From: Patescibacteria group bacterium
GTDB taxonomy: Bacteria > Patescibacteriota > JAQUNI01
Length of the DNA: 64,000 nt
Reading direction: 5' to 3'
Assembly: GCA_028717685.1 (NCBI GenBank)
Contig: JAQUNI010000001.1
Location: 399,451-463,450, forward strand
The notes beneath the pieces were generated by a model. That model did not search any database. It was not told the DNA's origin and was given only the letters and a program-made list of their open reading frames with translations. Positions 32,417 to 40,985 of this stretch are shown here, piece after piece; the stretch's first letter is position 1; each line of letters starts with the position of its first letter. The translations under genes were made by a program, and so were the position numbers.

Positions 32417-33244
32417 ATGCCATATGATGATCGCAGCGTAAAAACAAAAAAAATAATGATTATTGAGGACGAGAAAGCCCTTTTATCCCTGATGGAAAAA
32501 AAATTAAGCAAAGGAGGGTATATACCCATTACCGCTCCCACGGGCACAGAGGGTTTAAAAAAAATCAGGGAATATAAACCAGATTTAATTCTTCTGGATA
32601 TTGTTATTCCGGATAAAAATGGATACGAGGTTCTAGAAGAAATACATAATGACCCTTTCCTCAATCAAATCCCGGTGATTATTATTTCCAACTCGGAACC
32701 TGATGAGAAAAAAATATTCGCTCTCGGGGCGCGCGACTATTTAGTCAAAGCTGATCTCACTCCCGAAGACATTCTTAAAAAAATAGAAACTTATTTCAAT
32801 AAAGAGGAAAGCCCAAAACCCGTCTCCGCTGCGCAAAAAGGCGAAGGAGAAGCGTGTAAAATCGTCCTTATTGAAGATGACGCAATCTTAAGGGATTTAT
32901 GCCTGATTAAACTGCAAAAAGAAAATTTCACGGTCATTACGGCTATTGAGGGGCAGGAGGGTTTGCATAAAATTGAAGAGGAAAAACCCGATGTCGTCCT
33001 TCTGGATATTATCTTACCGGGTATGGATGGCTTTGAAGTCCTCAAAAGGATGCGCGCTTTACAAAATAAAGCGGTGGCGAAAACACCAGTAATCCTCTTA
33101 ACCAATTTAGGGCAGGAAAATGACATCAAAAAGGGGGAAGCCTTAGGCGCAGAGGATTATATTATTAAAGCAAACTCTACGACAGAAGAAATTATTGATA
33201 AAGTCAGAAAGGTGATTCAAAAGTCAGAAAAAGGAAAAAAATAG
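32417..33244 (+). CDS. Response regulator with two receiver domains and no output domain
   Basis: Two copies of IED...LLDI.lP. Confidence 0.9.
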   Translation: MPYDDRSVKTKKIMIIEDEKALLSLMEKKLSKGGYIPITAPTGTEGLKKIREYKPDLILLDIVIPDKNGYEVLEEIHNDPFLNQIPVIIISNSEPDEKKIFALGARDYLVKADLTPEDILKKIETYFNKEESPKPVSAAQKGEGEACKIVLIEDDAILRDLCLIKLQKENFTVITAIEGQEGLHKIEEEKPDVVLLDIILPGMDGFEVLKRMRALQNKAVAKTPVILLTNLGQENDIKKGEALGAEDYIIKANSTTEEIIDKVRKVIQKSEKGKK

Positions 33245-33317
33245 ATATTCTGTGGGATTATAACAAAAACCCCTCTGAAAAACAGAGGTGGTTTTTGTGA
33301 TATACAGTTTTTCGGAT

Positions 33318-33385
33318 TGGAGCGGGTGAAGGGAGTCGTCCTGTCATACGACAGGACGCCCCGTCGAATGACGGGGCGAACCCAT
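33318..33385 (-). pseudogene. tRNA-Gly-like 3' fragment interrupted by a 40-nt double hairpin
   Basis: GGGTTC[40 nt]GACTCCCTTCACCCGCTCCA on the minus strand. Confidence 0.7.
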
Positions 33386-33413
33386 ACCTAGCGGGTCCGC
33401 CGTACGAATTTTG

Positions 33414-33484
33414 AGCGGGATACCAGATTCGAACTGGCTTCTCCACCTTGGAAGGGTGGCATACTACCATTGTACTAATCCCGC
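33414..33484 (-). tRNA. tRNA-Gly(TCC)
   Basis: GCGGGAT...ATCCCGC-T cloverleaf, anticodon loop CTTCCAA. Confidence 0.95.
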
Positions 33485-33589
33485 ACTTCGCAAGCCCTGG
33501 GCTTGCTCAGTGTAAACTCTTTTGCAAAAAATTGAAAATGAAAAATGCAAAACTACAGTTAAGAAATTGTATTTTTTCGTGCTGTCTTT

Positions 33590-34315
33590 TTAAGTTCTAA
33601 ACATATTTTTAATAAATTCAACTTCGTCGCGTGAGAATTGAAGATTCTTTGGTCGGATATCTCCCTCAATAACAATCGGGCATTTTAAGGAAAATATGGG
33701 CTCTATAGAGGACAAAAAATTTTTAGTGACAATCCTAATGGACTGGTGGTCGCGCTTTCTGTAGGTGCCGCTAAAGTGAATTTGCGAGATTCTATTTTTG
33801 AAGGCATTAACCAGCTTGCCGGTTTCATCCTTGGACCAAAGATAAGCGTGGGCGACATCAAGGCAAAGATTAACTTTGGGATATTTTTTAAAAATTTTTC
33901 GGAAGTCAGCAATGGTGATATTTTTCTTTTTAGCTAAGTTTTCAGTGGACACTTTGAACGGAAACATATTTAAGATGCGGGGCGCGGGCAAATCTTGAGG
34001 ATGGATAATCACGTTTTTGGCGTTAATTCTAGTATATAGTGCGGAAATAATTTTTAATTGCCTAATTACTTCCTGTTCATTATCCGCATCGCGGCTCAAA
34101 TGAAAAGGGGCGTGAATAGTCACATAATTCAACTTTGTGAGCCACTTCTCGTTGGCGGCAGAGAACTTTGAGGCATACAACTCTTCTTTAGAGGAAAAAG
34201 TAATCTCAATACCATCAACTTTAAGATTCTTCATATATGACAATAAGCCATTGCGATCTTTAGAATCCTTCCAGCTCCAAAAATTGCCTGACGCGAAACT
34301 AATTATTCTGGACAT
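33590..34315 (-). CDS. Xylose-isomerase-like TIM-barrel protein (AP endonuclease 2 family)
   Basis: GIEI, IHAP, IIHP, TEN, LDVAHA, IHFS, DH, VIE. Confidence 0.8.
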   Translation of the reverse strand: MSRIISFASGNFWSWKDSKDRNGLLSYMKNLKVDGIEITFSSKEELYASKFSAANEKWLTKLNYVTIHAPFHLSRDADNEQEVIRQLKIISALYTRINAKNVIIHPQDLPAPRILNMFPFKVSTENLAKKKNITIADFRKIFKKYPKVNLCLDVAHAYLWSKDETGKLVNAFKNRISQIHFSGTYRKRDHQSIRIVTKNFLSSIEPIFSLKCPIVIEGDIRPKNLQFSRDEVEFIKNMFRT

Positions 34316-34343
34316 AATTTTGAAAAAATGGTTTATCTAATCT

Positions 34344-34409
34344 TGCCGGAGCGGTGGGATTTGCCCTATCATTCGATGGGGCACCCTGTTGAATAACAGG
34401 GTGAACCCA
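34344..34409 (-). pseudogene. tRNA-Pro-like 3' fragment interrupted by a 40-nt double hairpin
   Basis: TGGGTTC[40 nt]AAATCCCACCGCTCCGGCA on the minus strand. Confidence 0.7.
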
Positions 34410-34453
34410 AATACAATTATTCCTTTCTTCAATAATAATGAGAACATCTTTTG

Positions 34454-34526
34454 TCGGGGATGTGAGATTTGAACTCACGACCTCCTGCTCCCAAAGCAGG
34501 CGCGCTAGCCACTACGCTAATCCCCG
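34454..34526 (-). tRNA. tRNA-Pro(TGG)
   Basis: CGGGGAT...ATCCCCG-A cloverleaf, anticodon loop TTTGGGA. Confidence 0.95.
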
Positions 34527-34569
34527 AACACTGTTAATTTACCAAATTTTACCCCTTCCCGTCAAACTA

Positions 34570-34612
34570 TAATAAAACCTCATCAGTAAAATACCAGGAT
34601 GAGGTTTTATTA
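34570..34612. terminator. Terminator-like hairpin after the HU gene
   Basis: TAATAAAACCTCATC...GATGAGGTTTTATTA. Confidence 0.65.
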
Positions 34613-34627
34613 TAGATAAGATAATCT

Positions 34628-34909
34628 CTACTGCTTCTTCACAGCATCCTTCAGGCTCTTACCCGCCTTGAATTTCGGAACGGTCACAGCCGGAATGGAA
34701 ATTTTCTCTGTTGGTCTCTGGGGATTCACGCCCGTTCTCGCTTTGCGATGAGACACTTTGAAAGTGCCGAAACCGGTCATAGTAACTTCTCCGCCGTCCG
34801 CCAAAGTCTTCGTTACAATCTCCTCAAAAGCCTCCATCATTTCTTGCACTCGCGCTTTCGGAATTTCGGTTTTGGCCGCCATTTTTTCCACGAGTTCTTG
34901 TTTTTTCAT
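34628..34909 (-). CDS. hup: DNA-binding protein HU
   Basis: GFGTF, RKARTGVNPQ, PKFKAGKSLKDAV. Confidence 0.97.
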   Translation of the reverse strand: MKKQELVEKMAAKTEIPKARVQEMMEAFEEIVTKTLADGGEVTMTGFGTFKVSHRKARTGVNPQRPTEKISIPAVTVPKFKAGKSLKDAVKKQ

Positions 34910-35278
34910 TTTTTTTAATGCCCCAAAGTTTAACTTCGGGGTGGTTAATATTCTTCAATGAGCCTCTTATGGCTTATTATAGCATAAACTATACACAAGG
35001 CAAATATTCTGTCAAGCCTTAATAGGGAAGAAACGAAATATGGGGGGTAAAATCATACGATTTCAGAATCAAACAGAGTATTTTTTATTTTTTGTTTCTT
35101 ATTCATATATTTATGAAACTTCCATAAATATTCCTCCCCTTTGGAAAGCGGGAGGCTTAGGAGGGGTTCTGAAAGTTTATCAAGTTTATCTCCCACCCCC
35201 TCCACCTCCCCCTCAGGCAGGGGGAGTGAGTTTCGAATTCAAGGTATATTCTTAAAATAAGAAATAATTAAAAGCATC

Positions 35279-36070
35279 TCACATCTTCACTACTCTTTGA
35301 ATCCGCTCAATTCTGCCTGACCGTCCGGTTTTACTGTCAATTTCGCAAATAATCGCATTCACCGATACATCTCCCTCCGCGACCTCAAAACAAACAGGCA
35401 TTTGAGTGAGGAAATTAGCAATTACTAAATCCTTATCCACACCGATCACGGAATCGCGCGCGCCCACCATGCCAATATCGGTAATGTAGGCTGTGCCCTT
35501 GGGAAGAATGCGCTCATCCGCCGTCTGAATGTGGGTATGCGTACCCGCGACAAGAGACACCCTACCGTCCAGATACCAACCCAAAGCCATTGCTTCGCTT
35601 GTCGCTTCCGCGTGAAAATCCACTAGAATGATTTTGATTTTTTTTTCTTTCAATTCCTCTAAAATTTCATCCGCGCAACGGAAGGGGCAATCAAAATCTT
35701 CATTAAAAAAAACACGTCCCACCAGATTCACGACGGCAATCTTTTTGGTTCCAATTTCCATTATCTTGAAACCTCGCCCCGGCGCGCCCGGGGGATAATT
35801 GGCGGGCCTTAAAAGATCACTGTCTTTTTCGATTAAAATCTCGTGAGCCTGCTTTTGACTAAAAACGTGGTTTCCGGAAGTAAAAATCTCTATCCCAGAT
35901 TCGCGCAAAACACTTAAAGTTGCCCGCGTAACCCCTTTGCCGTGGGCTAAATTTTCACAATTAGCTAAAATTAAATCAGGCTCATAAGCCTTCTTTAGTT
36001 CAGGTAAAATTTTTTTGACTGCCAGGCGACCCGGACGACCGACAATATCGCCAAAAAAAAGAATGGTCAT
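35279..36070 (-). CDS. ymdB: YmdB/TIGR00282 metallophosphoesterase
   Basis: GDIVGRPG, SGNH, RPANYP, DFHAEATSE, GTHTH. Confidence 0.95.
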   Translation of the reverse strand: MTILFFGDIVGRPGRLAVKKILPELKKAYEPDLILANCENLAHGKGVTRATLSVLRESGIEIFTSGNHVFSQKQAHEILIEKDSDLLRPANYPPGAPGRGFKIMEIGTKKIAVVNLVGRVFFNEDFDCPFRCADEILEELKEKKIKIILVDFHAEATSEAMALGWYLDGRVSLVAGTHTHIQTADERILPKGTAYITDIGMVGARDSVIGVDKDLVIANFLTQMPVCFEVAEGDVSVNAIICEIDSKTGRSGRIERIQRVVKM

Positions 36071-36177
36071 GAATAATAGTAATCAGTAATTAGTAATCGG
36101 TAATTGGTAATTAGTAATTGGTAACTTATAACTAATTAATCTAAATCACCATTTCCAATTATGAGCCGCGAGTTACC

Positions 36178-37698
36178 CTACCTTGCGTACTCCACCGACC
36201 TTGTCTCACGGATCACCGAGACCTTAATTTCTCCCGGATACTTTAACTCTTCTTCAATTTTAGCCGCAATCTCGTGAGACAATTTGACCGCTGCCAGGTC
36301 ATCAATCTTCTCCGGCGTCACGAAGACACGGATTTCGCGTCCGGCTTGGATGGCATAGCTCTTCTCCACTCCTTCAAAACTATTCGCTACCGCCTCCAAG
36401 TCTTCCAAACGATTTAAATAGTCTTCATAAGTATCCTTCCGCGCGCCCACCCGCGCTCCTGAAATGGCGTCCGCGGTCGTGACGATTAAAGCCTCGGAAG
36501 AACTATGGGGCACATCTTCATGATGCGACTCCATAGCCTGAATAATCTTCTCATCAATACTAAACTTTTTTAAAATACTCTTACCAATTTCAATATGCGT
36601 GCCTTTAATTTCGTGATCCACTGCCTTGCCAATATCATGTAAAAGTCCGGCTTTCTTCGCGAGAGCTGAATCCATTCCCAATTCTTCCGCTAAAAGACGA
36701 GCAAGGTGCGAAACCTCTAGAGAATGCTGCAACACATTTTGACCATAGCTAGTCCTGTATTTTAAACGACCTAAAAGCTGAACTAATTGCGGGGGCAAAC
36801 CCGCCACCCCCGCGTCATAACAGGCTGTTTCGCCCGCTTCCTTCATATCTTGGGCAATCTCTTTCTTGGCTTCCACGATTGTTTCCTCAATCCGAGCCGG
36901 GTGGATGCGACCATCAGCAATTAACTTTTCCAGAGTGCGCTTGGCGACCTGACGGCGAATCGGCGAAAAGCCGGAAATTACAATCGTTTCGGGCGTATCG
37001 TCAACAATAATCTCCACACCAATCAATTTCTCAATAGTATTAATATTGCGACCTTCGCGTCCAATAATCCGCCCTTTCATGTCGTCAGAGGGCAAGGAAA
37101 GAGTGGTAGATGTGGATTCTGCCGCGTGCGAAGAAGCGCACCTCTGAATCGCCAAAGACAAGATTTCTTTTGCCTTGCGACTGACCTCTTCCTGCTCTGT
37201 TTGTTCCAATTTTTTGATTCTTTGAAGCAATCGCTCTTTCATTCCTTCCTCTGTCATCTCCAAGAGCACATTTTTAGCTTCTTCCAGCGACAAATTCGCC
37301 ACTTTCTCTAATGTAGCCAGCTGTTTTCGCTTGAGCTGAATGATTTCCCGTTTCGCCTCCCGAATTTGATTTCTTTCTTTTTCTAAATATCTTTGATTTT
37401 TATCTAAATTGCCCAGCCTTTGGTCTAAAAGCTCCTCCCTTTGCACAAGCCTCCGCTCCAAGACCAAAATACTCTGCCTGCGTTCTTTATCTTCGCGTTT
37501 GGTCTCTTCCGTGTATTTGAAGGCTTGATCTTTAGCGGCTAAAAGGATCTCCTTAGCCTTTGTTTTAGCTTCTTCTAGCGCCTTTTGAGAACGCGCTTCG
37601 CTGGAATCCTGACGTCTTTGCGCTAAAACTTTGCGCAAAAAGTAACCCCCCGCTAAGCCCAAAATAGCGGCGAGAGGGAAAATGATAATATTGAACAT
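36178..37698 (-). CDS. rny: Ribonuclease Y
   Basis: N-terminal TM, coiled coil, KH (KGRIIGREGRN), HD (LLHDIGK); ATG 37698 preferred. Confidence 0.97.
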   Translation of the reverse strand: MFNIIIFPLAAILGLAGGYFLRKVLAQRRQDSSEARSQKALEEAKTKAKEILLAAKDQAFKYTEETKREDKERRQSILVLERRLVQREELLDQRLGNLDKNQRYLEKERNQIREAKREIIQLKRKQLATLEKVANLSLEEAKNVLLEMTEEGMKERLLQRIKKLEQTEQEEVSRKAKEILSLAIQRCASSHAAESTSTTLSLPSDDMKGRIIGREGRNINTIEKLIGVEIIVDDTPETIVISGFSPIRRQVAKRTLEKLIADGRIHPARIEETIVEAKKEIAQDMKEAGETACYDAGVAGLPPQLVQLLGRLKYRTSYGQNVLQHSLEVSHLARLLAEELGMDSALAKKAGLLHDIGKAVDHEIKGTHIEIGKSILKKFSIDEKIIQAMESHHEDVPHSSSEALIVTTADAISGARVGARKDTYEDYLNRLEDLEAVANSFEGVEKSYAIQAGREIRVFVTPEKIDDLAAVKLSHEIAAKIEEELKYPGEIKVSVIRETRSVEYAR

Positions 37699-37836
37699 TG
37701 TTTTTAGACATTGATAATCGGGAAACAGCTTGAAATAAATTTGGTATTCACTTTTAAATTGATGCAAAGGGGATTAATTTCAACGCTATTTTCATTATCA
37801 TATTATTATCTTAGATAAGTTTAAGTTTAACACGGA

Positions 37837-37906
37837 TTTTGCCTCAAGGCAAATTTCGTTTTGCCTCAAGGCAAATTTTGACAAAGCGGAATAATTCAGG
37901 TAAGAT
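37837..37906 (+). promoter_or_regulatory. Two tandem palindromes abutting the rpmF promoter
   Basis: TTTTGCCTCAAGGCAAATTT twice (22-bp period), then TTGACA-17-TAAGAT. Confidence 0.7.
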
Positions 37907-37992
37907 AAAGGCATAAAAATCCTAAAATTTGAAACATGAAAGATGAAACATAATTAAAATGCTTCAAATTTCATGATTTATGTCACACGATT

Positions 37993-38238
37993 ATGGCTTT
38001 ACCCAAGAAAAAAATGAGCAGAGCGCGGAGACACAAACGCCGCGGCCAGCAAAAAATTAACCCCACCCTTCTCATTCTATGCGGTAAATGCCGCAAAATG
38101 ATCCTACCCCATAGGGTTTGCCAATATTGCGGCACCTATAAAGGAAGGCTTATTATAGATTTAGAAGCAAAAGCCAAAAAGAAAAAAAAAGAAGCAAAAA
38201 GAAAAAAACAAAACTTAAGAATAGAACTTTATGGCTAA
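37993..38238 (+). CDS. rpmF: 50S ribosomal protein L32
   Basis: MALPKKK, CGKC...[13 protein letters not shown]. Confidence 0.95.
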   Translation: MALPKKKMSRARRHKRRGQQKINPTLLILCGKCRKMILPHRVCQYCGTYKGRLIIDLEAKAKKKKKEAKRKKQNLRIELYG

Positions 38239-38671
38239 TCGACATCTCCTGCGCACAATTGCGATGCAATGCCTTTATGAATGGGATTTTTCGGGTCAGA
38301 ACCAGAAAAAAATCCAATTGATCATTCAACATAATACTAAAGAGTTCGCACCGGGCATCAGTGATTTTGATTTTGTCAAAAAGCTCGTGGCCGGGGTCAT
38401 TAAAAATCAAGAAAAGATTGACGCGCTTATTGAAAAACACGCGCCCGAATGGCCCCTGAATCAAATTACCACTGTAGACCGGAATATCCTGCGCCTCGGC
38501 ATTTTCGAGCTCAAATTTGACAACGATGTCCCGCCTAAGGTAGCAATTAATGAAGCGATTGAGCTCGGCAAGGCTTACGGCGGACCCTCTTCGGGCAAGT
38601 TTATTAACGGAGTTTTAGGCACAATCTACCGCAAAATGATTGAAAAAGGGGACGTGAAAGAGGAAAAATAG
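38231..38671 (+). CDS. nusB: Transcription antitermination factor NusB
   Basis: [24 protein letters not shown]. Confidence 0.96.
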   Translation: MANRHLLRTIAMQCLYEWDFSGQNQKKIQLIIQHNTKEFAPGISDFDFVKKLVAGVIKNQEKIDALIEKHAPEWPLNQITTVDRNILRLGIFELKFDNDVPPKVAINEAIELGKAYGGPSSGKFINGVLGTIYRKMIEKGDVKEEK

Positions 38672-38825
38672 AATTTCTTCGTTGTTTTATCAAAATAATA
38701 AATCCAAAATCCAAACATCAAATTTCAAATCAAATCCAAAATCCTAATCCCAAAATTTTGAGTTTCGGATTTTGAGCTTTGAGCTTGATTTGGCATTTGG
38801 GCTTTGAAATTTGGATTTAAGCCCT

Positions 38826-39512
38826 ATGAAAAAATTTTCTGCCCTGGAAAAAAATTTAGATGTGAAATTTAAAAATCAAGACTTATTGAAACAGGCTCTT
38901 GTCCATCGCTCCTATATTAACGAAAATCCCGGATTTCGCCTCCCCCACAATGAAAGATTGGAATTCTTGGGCGACGCGGTCTTGGAACTTATAGTAACGG
39001 AAAATCTTTTTAATCATTACAATAACCCTGAAGGAGAAATGACCAATTGGCGCTCCAGCCTGGTCAACAGCAAAATATTGGCCATTGTCTCCCGCGACCT
39101 CGGCGTGGAAGATTTTCTCTATTTGTCTAAAGGCGAGACGCGCGACACAGGCAAGGCGCGGGAATATATTTTAGGCAATGCCTTTGAAGCCATCACCGGC
39201 GCGATTTATTTAGATCAAGGCTATGCTGTCACGAGGAGATTTATAAAAAACAAGCTGCTGACGCATCTGCCTAAAATTCTGGCTGAAAAATTATACATTG
39301 ATCCCAAGTCGCATTTTCAAGAACTTACGCAAGAAAAAGAAGGCGTTACTCCTGAATACAAAGTTTTAGAAGAGAGAGGTCCGGATCACGCGAAACACTT
39401 TGAGGTGGGGGTTTACGTGGGAAAAATGATGATGGGCAAGGGCAAAGGCACTTCTAAACAATTGGCGCAGGTGGAAGCGGCGAAAGACGCGCTGGAAAGA
39501 TATAAAAAATAA
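38826..39512 (+). CDS. rnc: Ribonuclease III
   Basis: NERLEFLGDAVL; dsRBD with GPDHAK. Confidence 0.97.
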   Translation: MKKFSALEKNLDVKFKNQDLLKQALVHRSYINENPGFRLPHNERLEFLGDAVLELIVTENLFNHYNNPEGEMTNWRSSLVNSKILAIVSRDLGVEDFLYLSKGETRDTGKAREYILGNAFEAITGAIYLDQGYAVTRRFIKNKLLTHLPKILAEKLYIDPKSHFQELTQEKEGVTPEYKVLEERGPDHAKHFEVGVYVGKMMMGKGKGTSKQLAQVEAAKDALERYKK

Positions 39513-39751
39513 AATGTCATAGGTTAAAATTTCTAATTTCTAATTTTTCTGGCTTCGCCAGATCTCGCATAGCGAGACAATTTTTATTAAATTTTTAATA
39601 AAATAATTTCTAAACTTTAAGAATGAATTGCCTAGCCGCCAGTTAGGCTAGCGGGAATAGCTTTTCCATTATAAATGGTAAATGAGTTACGAGAATTTGA
39701 TCTTTATTTGTTTAAAAATTAAGTAAATAGAAATTTAATAAAAATTAGAAA

Positions 39752-40732
39752 TTGAAAATTAAAAATTACTTAAAAACACTCCAAGATTTGTTTGAGAGTC
39801 TAAGAGTTAATCAAGCCGTTGGCAAAATAGCAATTTTAGGGGTATTATTTGCCGCTATTTTTTTGTCTTTTTCCGTCTCTCGCGCCCAAAACACCGCTCC
39901 CGAACGGACAATCACAATCATTGACAACGGCCTTTATTTCCAGGTTAAAACAGAGAAAAATTTAGTTTCGGAAATCCTGGTTGATTTGGACCTATCCTTA
40001 AATCCTGAAGATAGAATTTATCCCAGCCTAAACGAAGAAGCCCTCTGGCGCATTATCATTGAAAGGGCAACCCCAATCACAATCCTTGCTGATGGAAAGG
40101 CAAAATCTCTTGTTACCTTTGCTAAAACCGCGGGGGCGGCATTAGAAGAAGCCCAAATCACATTGAATCCTGATGATGAAGTGAATTATGCTGCGGACAC
40201 GTCCCTTTTTTCCAATATGGAGATTGTAGTGACCAGAATCAAACTTGGCACTGTCACCAAAGATGTGTCCATACCATTCCAAACTGTGAATAAAAAAGAC
40301 GACACGCTGCTCTGGGGAAAATTCAAAATCGCCCAGGAAGGAAAAACAGGGCTCAAAGAACAGGTATATAAAGTAATCTATAAAAACGGCGAAGAAGCAA
40401 AACGGATTTTGGAAAAAGAAACCATTTTGCAAAAACCTCAAGATAAGATTATCCTGGAGGGAACAAAAATAGTGCTAGGGGAGGCGAATTACGGCATCGC
40501 CAGCTTCTACCGCTATGGCGATAAATTGACTTGCGCGTCCACGCGTTTTCCCATGGGAACACCCTTGCGGGTCACGAACACGGCAAACGGACAAGCGGTA
40601 ATTGTAACCGTGAATGATTATGGCCCTTTTGTGCTGGGACGGATTGTGGATTTAAACATACCGGCATTTGAAAAAATCGCGCCCCTCGGAACAGGATTGG
40701 CAAGAGTGAAGGTGGAGGAAATAATAGATTGA
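39752..40732 (+). CDS. DUF348 + G5 + RlpA-like DPBB cell-wall protein
   Basis: Ubiquitin-like repeats, G5 (QEGKTG), VNDYGPF...RIVDL; start codon uncertain because it lies in a repeat. Confidence 0.85.
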   Translation: MKIKNYLKTLQDLFESLRVNQAVGKIAILGVLFAAIFLSFSVSRAQNTAPERTITIIDNGLYFQVKTEKNLVSEILVDLDLSLNPEDRIYPSLNEEALWRIIIERATPITILADGKAKSLVTFAKTAGAALEEAQITLNPDDEVNYAADTSLFSNMEIVVTRIKLGTVTKDVSIPFQTVNKKDDTLLWGKFKIAQEGKTGLKEQVYKVIYKNGEEAKRILEKETILQKPQDKIILEGTKIVLGEANYGIASFYRYGDKLTCASTRFPMGTPLRVTNTANGQAVIVTVNDYGPFVLGRIVDLNIPAFEKIAPLGTGLARVKVEEIID

Positions 40733-40985
40733 AATTATTCTAATTAACCTAATTGTTCTAATTATTCTAAAGAATGACCAAATCTTGAATTACCCAATGA
40801 TTTACCTTGATGATTGTTTTTGTTAATTGGGATTTAGACATTGGGATTTATTTAGGTTAATTAGGTCAATTAGAACAATTAGAATAATTTTGGAGGTGAA
40901 GGGATAAAGTATATCACGGTGAATACCGTGGCTTGAATTCCCAAAATAATTTTCACATTTTGATTTGTTATTTTACATTTTTCAC

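Noticed and set aside
33318-34409. Intact intron-containing tRNAs
   Set aside because: No D-arm or anticodon arm upstream of either fragment; only the T-arm and 3' acceptor strand remain.
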